Below, one piece after another: positions 59,192 to 64,000 of a DNA stretch of 64,000 nucleotides. The DNA is from Vicugna vicugna. Its lineage: Eukaryota. The stretch spans positions 95,133 through 159,132 of the forward strand of contig MU057822.1 of assembly GCA_013265495.1 (NCBI GenBank), read 5' to 3'. The first letter of the stretch is position 1. Each line of letters begins with the position of its first letter. The position numbers were made by a program, and so were the translations under genes. The notes below the pieces were generated by a model. That model searched no databases. It saw nothing but the letters and a program-made list of their open reading frames with translations, and was not told the DNA's origin.

Positions 59192-62100
59192 CTGTGGACA
59201 CAGGGCAGCCAGGGTGAGGCTTTCTGGACCTCGCGCCTACCCCTCCCCATGTTGTTTCTTCCTACCCGAGGAGAGGGAGATTCAGGCGGCACAGAGGAAG
59301 GCACTGTTGAGACTTACTGGGGTGGATGAGGTCTGGAACTATTTTCCCAGTTCCAGCAGCCGCCAAGATGGGTAGACATTCTCATGGGCAGACAGGCAGC
59401 CATGACCCAGACGGGAGTGCCAGGGATGAGCTCTCCCCCTGATGGATGGCCCCCAGGGTCCAGCCCTTGAGGTCACCCAGGGGCTGCAGGAGGAGGCAGT
59501 CAGGACTCCCAGGCCACTTTTAAAGATGGGGAAACAGACTTAGAGGAGAAAGGTCCAGGGGCTGCTTCAGGCTGCCCACCCCTCCCCTTGTTCCCTGAAG
59601 GCCTGTGTACACCAAGGAGGTGCCTACTGAATGCCAGCCAGACCACTTGGCCCAGGCACCCCATCGACAGCCCTGCCCAGGCCATCCCCCTCCCAGACCC
59701 CTAGAGCGGCGCAGGGAGGTAAGCAAGCCTGGCACAGTGAAACTGCCGGGTCAGAGCCGGGGCTTGCCAGAGGTCGATAGCTGGCCCAGGGCAAAGCCAG
59801 CCTGGAATACTGGGGGCTTCCGGCCCCATCCAGCACCCACCCCCACCCTGCGCACCTGTGGGGCTGGGATAACCTTGTGTGCCAGCCCCCTGCCCCAATA
59901 TCTGCCAGCAACAGGAGGCCCCTGTGGGCCTGTCCCTCCCAGCTCCCCGAACCCCCCAGCTACTAACAAAGGATTAGGACAATCCTCATTGCACTCACTC
60001 AAGAAGAGTTTAATGAAGCAGCAAGGAGGGATAAAAGGCTCATTTCTCAGAGCTTCTAAGAGCTTATTGCGGGAGTGGAATTAGTCATTCTTGGAGTCAC
60101 GGGACTGTGCCCAGGGCAGCCCAGGCTCCAGCACCCAAAGGCTTGCAAACACCCAGGACAGAGGAACCAAAGGAACTGAATACTTGCCAGGCACGTCCAC
60201 CCTTGTCACCCATCTAACGCTCAGCCACCTCATAAGACATATCATTACACCCATTTCACAGATGAGAAGACTCAGGCCCCAGGTCACACGGTGAGCCCCT
60301 CACCCCCATGGCTGACCCTGTGCGAGGTGGGGGACAGGAGGCTGTCCGAGAGGCCCCAGCAGCCACAGTGCTGGGGAAGGCTGGCACAAAGGAAGTCAGA
60401 GGAAAGCCTAGAATGCGGAGGGCTTCCCAGTGGAGGTGGCGCTGAGCAGAGCCCTGAAGGATGCGCAGGATCAGGATGGGCTAAGAAGAGCCCCCAAGCC
60501 ACGCCAGACAGAGAACCCCCATGAGCAGAGGTGAGGAGGCTGGGCAGGCAGGAAGGTGGCCCAGCGCTGCAGAGAAAGGGCTGGATGCACCAAGGAGGGG
60601 GAGTAGCCGTGTGTCCTCCCAGTCTCACCAGCCCTTAGGCCGCCGCAAACTGGGGAACCCTGAGGGCAGGGTGGGTCTCCCTCTGGGCCTGGGGCCGGGG
60701 CCAGGCACCCACAGAGGTCTGAATCAGGAAGCGGCTGGCGGGCGAGTCTTAGGCGGGGCCCAGGCAGTCTGCAGACCCACATTCCAGCTTGACAGGGTCT
60801 GCCAACCCGGCCTCCTGGAGCCACATGAAAGTCCTGGCAGCTGACGCCCATCCTTCCCTCAGTCAGACTCCCACCTCCACCGGGGCTGCCAGGCCGCTGC
60901 CCTCCTCACAACTGCCGCTCGAGGGCATCCCGCCCTCCATGCCCCGGGCACCAGCCCCTCCAAGCTGTGCTGTCTGCTGGAGCTGAGGCCCCCGCCTCAT
61001 CTCTCCCCGGCTCCTTCACGCCCACAGGACATACTGAAATACACCTTTTCCTTCCTCCAGCTGGAGTAGGGTGGATCCTGACCCCAAAATAGAGCCGACA
61101 GGAGGGAGGCTGCAGCCACAATGGGACCTTTCAGGTGAAGAAGCCGCCCCAGGAGGCCAGGTTTCCTCAGACACACCTGGAAACCCACCCCATGCCACCA
61201 AATCCTCGTCTCCACGGGATGGCTTTGAGGGGTGAAGGGCCCAGCTGCGGAGAGGCTGCCGCCTAATCCTGTAATTACAGAGTCTCTTGAGGCGGCTGCC
61301 TGGGCTCAGGGAGGGACACTCCATCAGAGAGGTGCGCCCTCCTGGGGGTGGACGGCCTGGCCCCACCCTGCCACGTGGGGCCACCCTGGGAGGTCACCAC
61401 CCCTCTGGGCCTTGGTTTCCCCAGCCCTACAACGGTGGGGTGGCTCAGATGCCACACCAGGTGCCTCCAGGGCCAACTGCCTAGGCTGTTAAAGCTGGGA
61501 GTTTGTGTTCCCCACGGGCTGCGTGTGAATCAGGTCTTAGAGTCCGAGGGCTTCCACGACCACTTCAGACTTGGGTTCCGTGATCATAAAACAAAACAAA
61601 CAAGAAGAGCCGTGGTTTGAGGTCAAGTCACGGTGAAGAATGAAGCCAGCTGTTCAAAGCTCCTCTGGCATAGGTCCCTCAGCCCCACCCCGGACACCCT
61701 CTCCTGCATGGCCACAGGCCCTTTGCACTGTCCAGGTCCCCAAACCAGCTCTCTCCTGCTGTCCCCGCCCATCCCCCTACCCTGCATTACTGTCCTCACC
61801 CAGGGCAGTTGAGGCAGCTGAGACAGGCCCAAGGCATGGACTGGCCCTCAGCAAGCTGCACAAATTGCTTTTCCCCAGAGGTGTCCTCTGTCGCTCAGAC
61901 CAGACACAGAGAGAGGGAGGACACATGCCTTGTTTGCCCTCCAGTCACTGATTCCTGTCCATTCTGCATCCTAAATGTCCCTCAGATCTGCTCCCTCCTC
62001 CCATCCACTGTGGGAGGCCTGGTCCAGGCCACCCCGGGTCCCTCCTCCCCACCACTTTCCCAGGCCCCATCATCCCTCCTGACAGCAGCCCCGGAGGGGA

Positions 62101-62334
62101 CTTCCAAAAGGGAAATCTGACTCTGCTCTTGTCCCCTTAGCGCCTGTGCAAGCTCCCCTGCACCCTGGCTCAGTCCCCCTGGGCGACAGGGCCTGGGAAT
62201 GCTGCCTGGAGCCTGAGAAACGTGGAGCCCCTCAGCCCCGGGCCTTTTCCATTTCAGACTCAAGAGGATTTCCCTCAAGCTGGGACCACGACAATGAATA
62301 CTTCTGGCCTGAGTCACCCCTGGCCGGAGCAGCG

Positions 62335-62762
62335 TGCGTAGACACACAAGCTCACACACAAGAGCTCCAACACATGTGCACTCATACCTAGACACACAAC
62401 CTGGGAGACACACACAAAACTCACGCACCACAAGGACACGCATATGCAGGGCAAAGGGATGATATTCTAAGTATTAAAACGTGTGGCAAGAGTACCAACC
62501 AACCAGACGGCGGCTGCCAACACTGGTGCAGGCTTGCTGGGGTGAACTTGCTGGAAAATGGCCTAGTGTGTATGCTTGCAGGCTTGTGGTCTCATAACAC
62601 GGACAGCAAGTTGTCCACACACAGTCACACGGGCACACACACGTATGCAGGTGCACAAGCTTGCTCCTCCTTTTGTACTCATGCACGTACATGCACACAG
62701 ATGTGAACACACTCATACCTTCACACACACACACCCCTCCTCATGCACACCTGCACACACAG
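62335..62762. repeat. Degenerate (CA)n-rich low-complexity region
   Basis: Interrupted CACACA runs at 62340-62445 and 62615-62760. Confidence 0.6.
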
Positions 62763-63893
62763 GTAGGCATGGGGAAGGAGCAGGAGAGAAGCTGGGGCAC
62801 CCGCCCCAGAGAAGGCTCAGCCCCTGCCGGGTAGAGAGGACAATGTCTTTACCCTGGCCCATCTCAGTCTTCCAGCTGGGCAGTAACTGAGCTCTGAACT
62901 ACAAAGAATGGATTCTAGGCGTCCCCAGGAAAGGAGAAGGCAAACATCTCCCAAGGGCTAGCTAAGGTCCATCCTCCCCTTGCACGGGTCACCTCTTCGC
63001 TCAGTGTGTTTGAGACAGATGGGACGCAGGCCCCCAGCACAGAGTGGCTGCCAGCAAGCTGCCGGGCTGGCTGGCACACTTTGCCCCTGGGCCTGCCAAC
63101 CTGTAATTGCAGGCCTGGCTTCAGGGCATAAGGGCACCGCCCAGCTACCCGGGGGCCAGCAACAGCCCAGCAGCCTGGTAGGCAGGCGGGTGGGGAATGA
63201 GCTCCAGTCCTCCTGGAGGATTCAGCTGAGACTGCAGGCTCTCCATGAGGGCTCTGCTGCCCATCCAGGAAGAGACCTGTTAGATCCTGGCAGGAAGGTA
63301 GGGCCCTCCAAGGAAGGAAAAGGGGGGCCTCTCTCAGCCCCCCTGAGGCAGCCCCTGGCAAGGCCCACTTCCTGTAGCCCAACATGCAAGAGAAAAAGGG
63401 CTTATCCAAGAAGCCCCCCAGGGCCAAGTGGTAGGAGAGATCCCCAGAGCTGGGGCACCTGCACAGCCCAGCTGTCTGGGCTACCTGGGGTGAAGGCAGA
63501 TCCTACAGCCAACCCTAGAATCCTTAGCTGACCCTGACTACAGCTATGATGGACACACATCCTGGCTGCTCCCCACCAACCACCGCATAAGGCTCCCTTG
63601 TGGGCACCAGGCTGGGCAGACACAGGGCCTGCACCTTTGGTCCTTGCTCAGGAGTCTTCAAGCTAAGAAGGTAACATTCTGTCCCAGATGTAAAGACCTT
63701 GGTGACAGCCAAGCTGGCTCTGCTCTGTGTGGTGGTGGCCACATCTCTCCTTGTGCAAACAGGGAACTCAGAGTTATGATCTAGCTTGGGCTGGAAGGAG
63801 CCTTAAAGATCATGTAAGGCAACTCCTGTATAAAGATGGAGAATTGCAACTGCATATTTCCCTTCCCCCTCAAAGTGAAAAACAGGAAGTCAA

Positions 63894-63996
63894 GGGGGAG
63901 GGTTTAGCACGCATGAGGTCCTGCGTTCAAGCCCCGGTACCGCCATTAAAACAAACAAACAAAGAAACATAATTACCACCACCACCCCCCAAAAAA
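63894..63996 (+). mobile_element. Same SINE family, internally deleted copy
   Basis: GGGGGAGGGT-TTAGCACGCATGAGGTCCTGCGTTCAAGCCCCGGTACC...ATAATTACC...A tail; aligns to the 27764 copy with ~25 nt missing. Confidence 0.8.
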
Positions 63997-64000
63997 TAGG

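Noticed and set aside
1..64000. Prokaryotic operon, CRISPR array, phage or defence system
   Set aside because: Spliced mammalian genes and mammalian repeats throughout; no regularly spaced repeat-spacer array and no dense intronless ORFs
59192..64000. Further SPNS3 exons
   Set aside because: No exon matching the expected ~190-nt TM8-9 segment found; it probably lies beyond the window

Overview
GC-rich mammalian (eukaryotic, intron-containing) DNA, most likely camelid, judged from two tRNA-derived Vic-1-like SINEs and the absence of Alu, Bov-tA, PRE-1 or CAN-SINE. It is the conserved MYBBP1A-SPNS2-SPNS3 locus. It holds the last 16 coding exons of MYBBP1A (+, <1-8365); the complete sphingosine-1-phosphate exporter gene SPNS2 (-, 12 coding exons, 549 aa, ATG at 43209, stop at 10752, plus a 3'UTR-only terminal exon ending near 8575 and a CpG-island promoter); and the last four coding exons of its tandem paralog SPNS3 (-, 59191-51952). 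All exons were reconstructed by hand with GT-AG junctions and consistent phases. Introns and intergenic DNA carry old MIR, L2 and L1 fragments, hAT DNA transposons and a MER21-like solo LTR. I found no prokaryotic, CRISPR or wholly new gene system. The best second-look items are: radical substitutions at conserved SPNS3 sites (NW->SC), SPNS2 Y449C, a strong-Kozak uORF in the SPNS2 leader, a tight and palindrome-rich convergent MYBBP1A/SPNS2 3' junction, a 318-bp tandem duplication, an intron hairpin pairing a 5' splice site with its branch point, and a dense candidate endothelial enhancer. Comparisons with human proteins and repeat families are from memory, not from a search.
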